A stretch of 64,000 nucleotides of DNA. Origin: a candidate division WOR-3 bacterium. Lineage in GTDB: Bacteria; Hydrothermota; Tepidihabitantia; Tepidihabitantales; Tepidihabitantaceae. Shown one piece after another: positions 1 to 8,081 of the stretch; position 1 is the stretch's first letter, and each line of letters opens with the position of its first letter. A program made the translations under genes and the position numbers. Below the pieces are notes generated by a model, which was not told the origin of the DNA, made no database searches, and worked only from the letters and a program-made list of their open reading frames with translations. Location: the NCBI GenBank assembly GCA_965649205.1, contig CBFGJV010000004.1:32001-96000 (forward strand), written 5' to 3'.

Positions 1-687
1 GCGCTGGTCGGCTCGTTGCACTCGCCTGCCTTCGAACAACTCACCGGCTCTGGCAATTACCTGGCTTTTGTGCTCATCGGTGCCATGGTCTCTACCTTTA
101 TTTTCTCGGGCCTGTGGGGAGTAGGTAACGCTCTGCGCGAAGAAACCTACTGGGGAACAATGGAATACATCATCGCCTCCCCTACTCCTCCTCTTGTCAT
201 CCTGGTAGGCAAAACCCTGGCTGAATGGATGCTTTCTACAGTCATGGTTATATTCCAGGCTTTGATTATCGGCCTTTTCTTCGGAATCAGTTTCACTTTG
301 GCCAAAGTTTTGCCCGTACTGCTGCTTCTTGTACTGCTGATGATCGGATTCTACGGCTTTGCCATCGCTTTTGCCGGCCTCACCCTGCTCATAAAGGAAG
401 TACATGGCTACGTCCACACGCTGGAATGGGTATTTTTCCTCTTTTCTCCCATTCGCTACCCGGTGCAGGTGCACCCAATAACTCAACTGGTAAGTACCCT
501 TATCCCTCTGACTTGGGCGCTGGTGGCCATACGTAGCATTATGCTCACCAACCAAAGACTGACCGACCTGTGGCGCACTGTGGGCATACTTAGCCTTATG
601 GACGTTGTACTCATTGTGGGGGGCTACTTCACTTTCGTCTGGTTGGAACGTAAGACCCGGCGGGACGGAACAGTAGCTATGCACTGA
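1..687 (+). CDS. ABC-2 type transporter permease (5' end lies before the window)
   Basis: Frame is open from base 1 (ALVGSLHSPAF). Multiple TM helices and REETYWGTMEYIIASP, which matches the ABC-2 E..GT.E....P motif. Paralogous to the next gene. Confidence 0.85.
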   Translation, partial: ALVGSLHSPAFEQLTGSGNYLAFVLIGAMVSTFIFSGLWGVGNALREETYWGTMEYIIASPTPPLVILVGKTLAEWMLSTVMVIFQALIIGLFFGISFTLAKVLPVLLLLVLLMIGFYGFAIAFAGLTLLIKEVHGYVHTLEWVFFLFSPIRYPVQVHPITQLVSTLIPLTWALVAIRSIMLTNQRLTDLWRTVGILSLMDVVLIVGGYFTFVWLERKTRRDGTVAMH

Positions 688-689
688 TA

Positions 690-1577
690 ATGTCTGTTGT
701 TCCTAACCTAAGCCGCAGGTTTCGTATTCGCCTCGACTCTTTCTGGTCACGAGTCAAGCACTATGCACGGGCTGTATGGGCCGAGAATATCAAAGAATGG
801 AAATTGGAACTCACCTATAAAGCTGACTTCGCCCGCACCCTCATAGACCCGGTCATCTACCTGCTTCCCTATCTTCTCTACGGGCTTGCCCTGGTGGGGG
901 GACGTCAGTCGCCCGCGCTGGAAAAGCTAACCGGGACATCCGACGTGGTCGCATTTGTAACCTTGGGCTACATCTTCATCGGGTTTTTGAACATGGCTCT
1001 CTGGGCTATGGGATTCTCCTTGCGCAAAGAGCAATTCTACGGTACTTTGGAATCTGTGTTTGCTGCGCCGGTACCTCGCTGGGTATTTACGCTGGGAATG
1101 TCATTACATTCCATCCTGCATCAAATTTTAATGATAGCCGTACAGATTCTTTTCATCGTCGCTGTTTTCTCTCTGTCAGTAAATCCCCTGGGCATCCTGC
1201 CGTCACTTGCCGTGATAGGTCTTATGCTTATCGCCCTCTACGGCATCGGTATGATAATGGCATCCACCACACTCATCTTCAAACAGGGCTGGTTGGTGTC
1301 CGAAGCATTGGGCAGCATCCTTATGGTCGTTACTCCTATAGCCTACCCCTTGGCCGTACTCCCCCTGTTTCTGCAAAAACTGGCCCTGGCCGTTCCTACA
1401 ACTTACGGCATCATCGCAGCACGACACCTCCTTTTAGGTGAACAAATGGACTTCTCTCTTGCAACTGCTTTTATCCGACTTACAGTTCTCTGTATTATCT
1501 GGGTTGGCTTTGGCCTCGCTATCTTCGGTCTCATTGATCGGTACACCAGAAAAAGTGGCACGCTTGGACACTACTGA
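690..1577 (+). CDS. ABC-2 type transporter permease
   Basis: KEQFYGTLESVFAAP, PIAYPLAVLP and VPTTYGI motifs; about 6 TM segments. Confidence 0.85.
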   Translation: MSVVPNLSRRFRIRLDSFWSRVKHYARAVWAENIKEWKLELTYKADFARTLIDPVIYLLPYLLYGLALVGGRQSPALEKLTGTSDVVAFVTLGYIFIGFLNMALWAMGFSLRKEQFYGTLESVFAAPVPRWVFTLGMSLHSILHQILMIAVQILFIVAVFSLSVNPLGILPSLAVIGLMLIALYGIGMIMASTTLIFKQGWLVSEALGSILMVVTPIAYPLAVLPLFLQKLALAVPTTYGIIAARHLLLGEQMDFSLATAFIRLTVLCIIWVGFGLAIFGLIDRYTRKSGTLGHY

Positions 1578-1626
1578 AACCAACTGCCCCTCGCCCTGCC
1601 GGGAATTCGCTGACCCCTCGGCAAGT

Positions 1627-2649
1627 ATGCCTAGACGTCAAATCGCTCCTCCACCTATACCTATTGGCATCACAATGGGCGATCCGGCCGGCATCGGTCC
1701 GGAAGTAATACTCAAGGCCCTCTCCTCTCCGCCTCCTAATTTCCCTCTCCTGCCCGCCACATGCAGAATAATTGGCAGCCGCAAGGTATTTGAACTGGAA
1801 CAGAAACGTCTGAAAACCAAAATAGATCTCTCTTTGGTTGATGATACAGTTCATATCCCGGGCTCTTGGAAAATAGGCAAAGTACAGAAGAAGTGCGGCC
1901 TGGCGGCCCTTGCCGCTTTGGAAAAAGGCATAGAGCTGCTGCAAGAAGGAAAGATCAGGGCACTTGTGACTGGCCCGGTATCCAAAGAATCCCTGCGCCT
2001 AGCCGGTTTTGTTTGTCCGGGGCAGACCGAATTCCTCGCCCGTAAGTTAAAAGCCAAACATTATGCTATGCTCGCCTGGTCCCCCAGATGCAAAATTGTC
2101 TTCGTCACTACTCATTTGCCCCTAAAGCGTATTTCCTCCTACATTACAGCTCACGCCGTATACCGGCATACAGCTCTGCTCCACAGATTCCTGCTCTGGG
2201 AAAACATACTATTCCCTCCTAACCCTAGCAAAACTTCCGGCGCACTTCCCCGGATCTGCATCCTGGCTCTTAATCCTCATGCCACCGAATTCAGCTGCGG
2301 CGAAGAAAAGCGTATAGCTCGAGGCGTACTCTTGGCAAAAAAATCTGGAATAAACGCCTTTGGCCCAGTTCCGGCCGATGCGGCATTTTCCACACTCGCT
2401 AACCCTGCATATGAGGCAGATGGTTTTGTTGCAATGTACCACGACCAGGGAATGATTCCGGCCAAACTGCTTGCTCAGGACGCAGGGGTCAATGTCACCC
2501 TAGGCCTGCCGTTTGTTCGCACCTCCCCCTTGCACGGTACGGCCTTCGATATAGCCGGCAAGGGAATCGCCCGGGCCGGCTCGATGCTCTCGGCTATCCG
2601 ACTTGCCGCCCGACTTTCTCTTTTGGAAGAGCCTTACCGCAAAAAATAG
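1627..2649 (+). CDS. pdxA: 4-hydroxythreonine-4-phosphate dehydrogenase (PdxA family)
   Basis: GITMGDPAGIGPE, ALNPHA, AMYHDQG, GVNVTLGLPFVRTSPLHGTAFDIAGKG. Start set to ATG 1627 to avoid overlap with the permease. Confidence 0.93.
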   Translation: MPRRQIAPPPIPIGITMGDPAGIGPEVILKALSSPPPNFPLLPATCRIIGSRKVFELEQKRLKTKIDLSLVDDTVHIPGSWKIGKVQKKCGLAALAALEKGIELLQEGKIRALVTGPVSKESLRLAGFVCPGQTEFLARKLKAKHYAMLAWSPRCKIVFVTTHLPLKRISSYITAHAVYRHTALLHRFLLWENILFPPNPSKTSGALPRICILALNPHATEFSCGEEKRIARGVLLAKKSGINAFGPVPADAAFSTLANPAYEADGFVAMYHDQGMIPAKLLAQDAGVNVTLGLPFVRTSPLHGTAFDIAGKGIARAGSMLSAIRLAARLSLLEEPYRKK

Positions 2650-2680
2650 CAGGCCGGCCGCTTCCGGGCCGACCTGTTTT
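2650..2680 (+). terminator. Probable intrinsic terminator after pdxA
   Basis: CAGGCCGGCC...GGCCGACCTG hairpin followed by TTTT, directly after the stop codon. Confidence 0.6.
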
Positions 2681-2795
2681 GTGGGGTTCTCTCTCAGCCA
2701 CCCCGAAAACTGAAGAAAGATTACACTTCTGCCCCTGTCTGTCAAGCCAGCAAACAGTAGAACTGATAAACAGGAACACGCCTACCCGGAAACAG

Positions 2796-2826
2796 AAAAC
2801 GGAGCGGCTCCAAACGGAGCCGCTCC
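2796..2826 (-). terminator. Intrinsic terminator of the cysteine protease gene
   Basis: Perfect 11-bp inverted repeat GGAGCGGCTCC-aaac-GGAGCCGCTCC followed on the minus strand by GTTTTCTGTTT. Confidence 0.8.
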
Positions 2827-2851
2827 CTATACTGCAAAGTAGTGACAGAAC

Positions 2852-5335
2852 CTATTCAATCAAAACCTTGCGAGTTATCTCCCCTGCTCCGTAATTGAAC
2901 CTCAGGAAATAGACCCCAGAGGCCAAACCTCGTTCCGCGGAGCGCAACTGACAAATGTAGCGGCCGGCTGGCTGCAGCCCTTCTGCCAGAGTAGCTCTGG
3001 GCATGCCTGCAGCATCATACAGCCTCAACTCCACATGCGCTTCCCGAGCCAAACCATAGCTGACAGTGCCAGTGCCCACCACAGGATTGGGAGACACATC
3101 TACGTAAGCCGTGCTTATCTCTCTAGAGATAGGATTGGCCGTACCAGTCTTGGTGACAACAACAGAACCTGTCGCTTTATCGTTCGCCGGCACCATATCA
3201 CCTGCCAGCTCTGTAGAACAGGTCACCGTGAAGGTACCCAGAGTCGAAGCGGTCCATTTGGCAAAGGTTACGTAAACGGCAGTGCCGGGCGCGTGCGTTA
3301 CAGTAGCTGTCTTATTGTAGCTGGTGCCTATTTTCATCCGCACCTTGTAAGTAACAGTCGTGGAGCCGTAGTTGAAAAGTGAGCAAGCAGGAGTTACGCC
3401 GACCTTCTGTTTTACCGTGCCCGTGGGTGCCACTATTTTCGTACAGGCCACATCTGTCGCTGTGACAGTTACTGTACCCGTCGCTTTGTCATTAGTCAGG
3501 TTGACATCACCCGCAAGCTCTGTGGAACAGACAACTGCGTAAGCACCAGTGGCTCCCGCAGTCCAGGTCGGGAAGCTTACTGTCTGCGTAGCACCAGCAG
3601 CAAGATTCGTAACTGTCACTACCTGATTGTAGTCAGAACCGATCTTCATCCGCACCGGGAAGGTCGCCGAACTGGTCCCGTAATTCCTCACCTCGCACGA
3701 AGGCGTCACCACTGCGCCCAAGTTCACCGTCCCTGTTGGAGCAACAATTCTCACCGCTCCTGCATCGACTATCTGAGTCACTACGGTTACCGAACCCGTC
3801 GCCTTATCATTTCCCGGATTGACATCACCCGTAAGCTCTGTGGAACAGACAACTGCGTAAGTGCCAGTGGCTCCCGCAGTCCAGGCCGGGAAGCTTACTG
3901 TCTGCGTAGCACCAGCAGCAAGATTCGTAACTGTCACCACCTGATTGTAGTCAGAACCGATCTTCATCCGTACCGGGAAGGTCGCCGAACTGGTCCCGTA
4001 ATTCTTCACCTCGCACGAAGGCGTCACCACTGCGCCCAAATCCACAGTACCCGCCGGAGCCGCAATGCTTACCACGCCCACGTCATTACCTGCTGCCAGA
4101 CGAGCGCGTGCGAACACAGCCACATTGTAATCCGGGATAGCCACAGGTGTTTCAAAAGAAACCCCTGTTACCGCCCAAGGTTTGTATTCGGCAGCAAAGT
4201 AAGTTATGGTCCCGGTCTTACCATCAGACTTGTTATCTAGACACCGCACGAATACGGAATCGGTGCTGCCGTTGGCGATATAACTGGCACCCTCTGTCAT
4301 ATCCAGCACTATGTTATTATCCGGAAAAGCATAATCTACGCTCGGTGTAACTCGGGGTAGAAAATCCTTCTGCCACAAGGGAGATACCGAACGGCCTACC
4401 CCCAGACGTATCTGTACTCTTTCGCGTGCCGGATGCGTCACCCGTACTTTCCCCACCAGCGTAGGCTGATAGCCGATTCGATCAGTAATGTAGAGAGCCT
4501 GACGGTGAGACAGGGTCGGGTTCATAACTGCCTGATACGACATCCACCAGTAACCTTTGTTCCCCCAGCTTGTGCCCCAGGAATTCACCAACCGAAAAGC
4601 TCCAACTCCATCACGAGTTACTTTGGAATCGTCGTAACCCACAATGGTTACTCCGTGGCCGCCGCGGTTGGTGCCGTAGATATCGGCAACGCAATACACT
4701 GTGTCGAAGTTGTTGATGTAATCAAAATTCGAGTAGACATTTATGCCCAGCACCAGGGTATAACCAACGTCCAACCTTGCTTTCACCTGTTTCAGACCGT
4801 TAGTGTCAGAACAGTTTATGTAATATGCGGCCGCGCCCCGGAAGGGAATAGCATTAGTCCAAGCCGCCTCCGAAGGCCAGTTGGTGTAATTGTATTGGTT
4901 GTAGGGCATATCGGCCATAGTGGCAAGACCAATGTTCACCAGCAGATTGGCGGCGTCACTGAAATATGCTCCCGCATCTTGACCACCGTTTATCAGGTTG
5001 TACATAAAAGCCGGGCTCATCTGATTTGTGGTCTTGGTCTGGTCCCACTGCCGCTCCACCCACTCTGTATGCCCCTTGTGGTAGTAACCGACAGACCAGG
5101 CCACGCAGGAACCCTGCGCTCCCTGATTACCCACAGGCGGCATCTGGGAAGACAAATCCACCCGACCCAGAGGCACATACGATGACCCGCCGTCAATGAC
5201 CGAACGATCCTCGCTGATGAAAGGCACTTTGCTCAGGTCTTCAAACAGAAGACCGCCTGCTCGGTGCAATGTTTCCTCAGACATACCGAGCGAGACGGCT
5301 AGCAGTAGAGCCATGCAGACTTGTACGTACTTCAT
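2852..5335 (-). CDS. Secreted papain-family (C1A) cysteine protease with three CARDB-like domains and a Por/T9SS-like C-terminal sorting domain
   Basis: Signal peptide; QGAQGSCVAW (catalytic Cys), GGHGVTIVGYDD (His), NSWG (Asn); repeated DVGV..I.AP.GTV...V.NYG units; tail SPNP...LYDAAG...LASGVYFLR...TRKVLIE. Confidence 0.92.
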   Translation of the reverse strand: MKYVQVCMALLLAVSLGMSEETLHRAGGLLFEDLSKVPFISEDRSVIDGGSSYVPLGRVDLSSQMPPVGNQGAQGSCVAWSVGYYHKGHTEWVERQWDQTKTTNQMSPAFMYNLINGGQDAGAYFSDAANLLVNIGLATMADMPYNQYNYTNWPSEAAWTNAIPFRGAAAYYINCSDTNGLKQVKARLDVGYTLVLGINVYSNFDYINNFDTVYCVADIYGTNRGGHGVTIVGYDDSKVTRDGVGAFRLVNSWGTSWGNKGYWWMSYQAVMNPTLSHRQALYITDRIGYQPTLVGKVRVTHPARERVQIRLGVGRSVSPLWQKDFLPRVTPSVDYAFPDNNIVLDMTEGASYIANGSTDSVFVRCLDNKSDGKTGTITYFAAEYKPWAVTGVSFETPVAIPDYNVAVFARARLAAGNDVGVVSIAAPAGTVDLGAVVTPSCEVKNYGTSSATFPVRMKIGSDYNQVVTVTNLAAGATQTVSFPAWTAGATGTYAVVCSTELTGDVNPGNDKATGSVTVVTQIVDAGAVRIVAPTGTVNLGAVVTPSCEVRNYGTSSATFPVRMKIGSDYNQVVTVTNLAAGATQTVSFPTWTAGATGAYAVVCSTELAGDVNLTNDKATGTVTVTATDVACTKIVAPTGTVKQKVGVTPACSLFNYGSTTVTYKVRMKIGTSYNKTATVTHAPGTAVYVTFAKWTASTLGTFTVTCSTELAGDMVPANDKATGSVVVTKTGTANPISREISTAYVDVSPNPVVGTGTVSYGLAREAHVELRLYDAAGMPRATLAEGLQPAGRYICQLRSAERGLASGVYFLRFNYGAGEITRKVLIE
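3501..4039. repeat. Near-identical tandem duplication of a CARDB domain (period 318 nt)
   Basis: 3501-3721 and 3819-4039 differ at about 7 of ~220 positions by manual comparison. Confidence 0.93.
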
Positions 5336-5364
5336 GGTTCACTCCTTATTTTTAGATGTAACCT

Positions 5365-5488
5365 AACCTGTCGCTTGCGACGGCTGCTACGGCAACGGCA
5401 AAAAAATAGCCGTCTGTTTGCCGCGGCGTCACCGCCTTGCAAACCCGACAGCCATAATTATGGTAAGAAACTCCTGAGATTATGTCAA
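5365..5488 (-). promoter_or_regulatory. Promoter and structured 5' leader of the protease gene
   Basis: TTGACA (5488-5483), N17, TACCAT (5465-5460). The leader has a long hairpin capped by GGCG-GTGA-CGCC, followed by a T7 run and a second hairpin GTCG-CAAG-CGAC. Confidence 0.55.
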
Positions 5489-5597
5489 GAAAGAAAGCGT
5501 GGTATTACACCAAATCTCTACGACTGTCGAACTCCCAGAGCAATGGCCGAAACTCGCAAATTGACAACCGCTGGTGGAAAACTATGCTGCAAGTAAT

Positions 5598-6101
5598 ATG
5601 AAACAGAAACCGCCCACCTATCCCGTGCCTATGCGAGAAGTGGAGCGAGCAATCTTGGAGATACGTGGACAAAGGGTAATACTTGACGCCGACCTGGCTG
5701 TGCTCTATGGCACTACCACCAAGAGACTAAATGAACAAGTACGTCGCAACCGCCAAAGATTTCCCGTTGACTTTGTGTTTCAGCTCACCCCGGAAGAGAA
5801 AACCCAGGTGGTCGCAAATTGCGACCACCTCAGCAGGTTGAAATATTCACCAAGTCTTCCCTATGCTTTTACCGAACATGGAGCCGTAATGGCCGCATCT
5901 GTTCTGAACACAACTCGGGCTGTCGAGGTGAGTGTCTTTGTGGTGCGGGCATTCGTGCGTATGCAGCGCATGTTGCCGAAATACAGAGAGCTGGCCTTGC
6001 GGCTTGCCGAGCTGGAGCAACGGGTCTCACGTCAAGATGCGCGAGTCGCGGCGTTGTTTGATGCTATGCGGCATCTGCTGCGGCTGCCAGCAAAACAGTA
6101 A
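5598..6101 (+). CDS. ORF6N domain-containing DNA-binding protein
   Basis: IRGQRVILDADLAVLYGTTTKRLNEQVRRNRQRFP.DFVFQLT.EE and PYAFTEHGAVMAASVLN; TTGACA-N16-TATGCT promoter at 5561-5588. Confidence 0.93.
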   Translation: MKQKPPTYPVPMREVERAILEIRGQRVILDADLAVLYGTTTKRLNEQVRRNRQRFPVDFVFQLTPEEKTQVVANCDHLSRLKYSPSLPYAFTEHGAVMAASVLNTTRAVEVSVFVVRAFVRMQRMLPKYRELALRLAELEQRVSRQDARVAALFDAMRHLLRLPAKQ

Positions 6102-6104
6102 GTT

Positions 6105-8078
6105 CTACCTCAGAAAGTAAACGCCTCGCAGTTGCGGCCGCAAAACCGCATCCACCGCGGCTTTCAGCCCGGCATATTCGCCCAGAGAGAAATCCGCCTT
6201 GTCTATCCGCAACGTATAGAAGAAAGCAACCCCGACATCCGTTTTTGCCCACCCAGCCCGTACCTCCACTCCATTGCCAGACACAAAAAGGCTGTCAGGC
6301 AGAATGTCAGGCCTGTACCCTGCAGGCAGCTTGATATGACATCTGTACTGATAAGTACGAGGAGGTCTAGTCTCCACCGGATTCTCGCGACGCACACTGG
6401 TAGTTATTCCAAAAAGCGGCTCTTCCACTAACGCGGGCGTTGGCACCAGCAGCGAAATCTCGCTTTTCTGCGTAACGGCGTAACGCGAAGCCCGAAAACG
6501 AAAACCGCACGCAGCCGGTGCAGTGAGGTTGTGTAAATCTGCAAACCAGAACGTATCGACTTCTGCCCCTGGTTTTATGCTGGAAGCAATTTGAGCCAAA
6601 GAACGTTTGCGGTCGGTGGGGGTTTGATTGCGCCACTCTTCCCGCAGACGGGAATCGTAATAACCGGATGCTTCGGTAGAGACATTCCCCCAGATAGTAC
6701 CATCCGGCTCCAGAACTATCTCCGCGAATGTGGAGCACAAACTGGAAGTAAAAGAAGGTGTAAACGCAAGACCCGCGCAGCGGCCATGCAGGCAGAGCGC
6801 ACTTACTTTGGCGTCACTCTCCGGAAGATTGCCGTACGAGTAATATTCGGCGAACGGGTCCAGAATCTGAAAGGTCTTTGGTGACGAGAATTCGAAGTTG
6901 GCCGAATCGGTCGGGACTACTGTTACCAGCCAGTCAAAAACATCAGCTGAAGGCACAGAATCATTTGGTGGTGCTCCGCGAGCCAAAACCGCCGCAAACG
7001 CATAAACACCTATCTGCCGCAATAGACTTACTAAAAGGCAGTTTTTGTCCCGGCAATCGCCATAGCGCCACTTAAGGATTTGAGAAGCTTTACGCGTATC
7101 GTAGCCGACCCGGCCGTACCCCAAAGGTACATTGCGTATTCTCTGCGTTACATAAAGGAAAATATCTCTTATAGCTGCGCTCCGGGATTTGCCGGCAGCC
7201 AGCGAATCAGCCAACCGTCTTATCTCCCCAGTTGACTCCAGCCCCTTTTCGAATTCCTGTTTAAGTTTAACTGCCACCTGCGCCCAGCCTTCACACGAAG
7301 AGTAGTAAAGAACCGGAACCAGTCGTGCTAAATCCGGCATCCCCGGCTCCCGAAATACCTGGGGAGTATTGGTCATAGTCCAAGTGTAGGAAATAGTATT
7401 GCCCAAAGTTTCCACTACAGGCGCAACCGGCTCAGAAGTATTGTTCCAGGCATAGCGGAACTTACTGTTGCGCGGTAAAACAAGGCGAAACTCGCGCCTA
7501 AGAGCTGGGGTATACCCGCCGAACAAAACACTACCCGAAAACCAGTCTTCCCTACCCGGTTTTCGCTGTCTTACCCGTGCCCGGTATTCTATCACCGCAT
7601 TCTTTTCCAGTGCAGGGAAGGATACTACCTTAAGCATAGCACTGGTATAGGCCGGATCATCAGCTACCTCCGGTGCACTCACATCAGCGATGGCTTTCTT
7701 CTCCGGTCGGACGACGCTTCTATCTACCTTATGAGTACGGGCTTCTAGTACCTCGCAGACCTGCCCATTCCGATTATAACGTTGGGTAATTTCTCCAAAT
7801 TCATCCCTGCCCCGATCAGCAAATATCTTCACCACCAGATAACGCTCGGTAGTAGCGGTATTACTCTTGTCTATCGTAACTATCTGCCGGTCAAGCAGAA
7901 TAAGTGCCGGTGCCTCCGGGTAGTCCTCCGGACCGGGGGCATTGGCAATAAGGTCGTCTATCTCTGCTGCTATTCCAAAAGTAAAGGTGAGTAGGCACAA
8001 ACCCAGCCCCAAAACTGCCATGGGGTTTTGCAACTTTCCCTGCGATACCTTTTCGCTGATTACTCTGCTTCTGACCAT
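6105..8078 (-). CDS. DUF3857 / transglutaminase-like domain protein
   Basis: PGPEDYPEAPALILLD N-terminus, FPALEKNAVIEY, IRNV...GDCRDK; paralog of the adjacent gene. Confidence 0.85.
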   Translation of the reverse strand: MVRSRVISEKVSQGKLQNPMAVLGLGLCLLTFTFGIAAEIDDLIANAPGPEDYPEAPALILLDRQIVTIDKSNTATTERYLVVKIFADRGRDEFGEITQRYNRNGQVCEVLEARTHKVDRSVVRPEKKAIADVSAPEVADDPAYTSAMLKVVSFPALEKNAVIEYRARVRQRKPGREDWFSGSVLFGGYTPALRREFRLVLPRNSKFRYAWNNTSEPVAPVVETLGNTISYTWTMTNTPQVFREPGMPDLARLVPVLYYSSCEGWAQVAVKLKQEFEKGLESTGEIRRLADSLAAGKSRSAAIRDIFLYVTQRIRNVPLGYGRVGYDTRKASQILKWRYGDCRDKNCLLVSLLRQIGVYAFAAVLARGAPPNDSVPSADVFDWLVTVVPTDSANFEFSSPKTFQILDPFAEYYSYGNLPESDAKVSALCLHGRCAGLAFTPSFTSSLCSTFAEIVLEPDGTIWGNVSTEASGYYDSRLREEWRNQTPTDRKRSLAQIASSIKPGAEVDTFWFADLHNLTAPAACGFRFRASRYAVTQKSEISLLVPTPALVEEPLFGITTSVRRENPVETRPPRTYQYRCHIKLPAGYRPDILPDSLFVSGNGVEVRAGWAKTDVGVAFFYTLRIDKADFSLGEYAGLKAAVDAVLRPQLRGVYFLR

Positions 8079-8081
8079 TTT

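Noticed and set aside
1438..1626. Long N-terminal extensions given by the ORF track (pdxA; also 12947, 24282, 25735, 28554, 29302, 60486)
   Set aside because: They overlap neighbouring genes or promoters; downstream starts have an RBS, translational coupling or family-typical N-termini.
3501..4039. Near-identical repeat pair as a DGR template/variable repeat
   Set aside because: Both copies are in-frame domains of the same CDS, there are only about 7 differences, and no reverse transcriptase is in the window.
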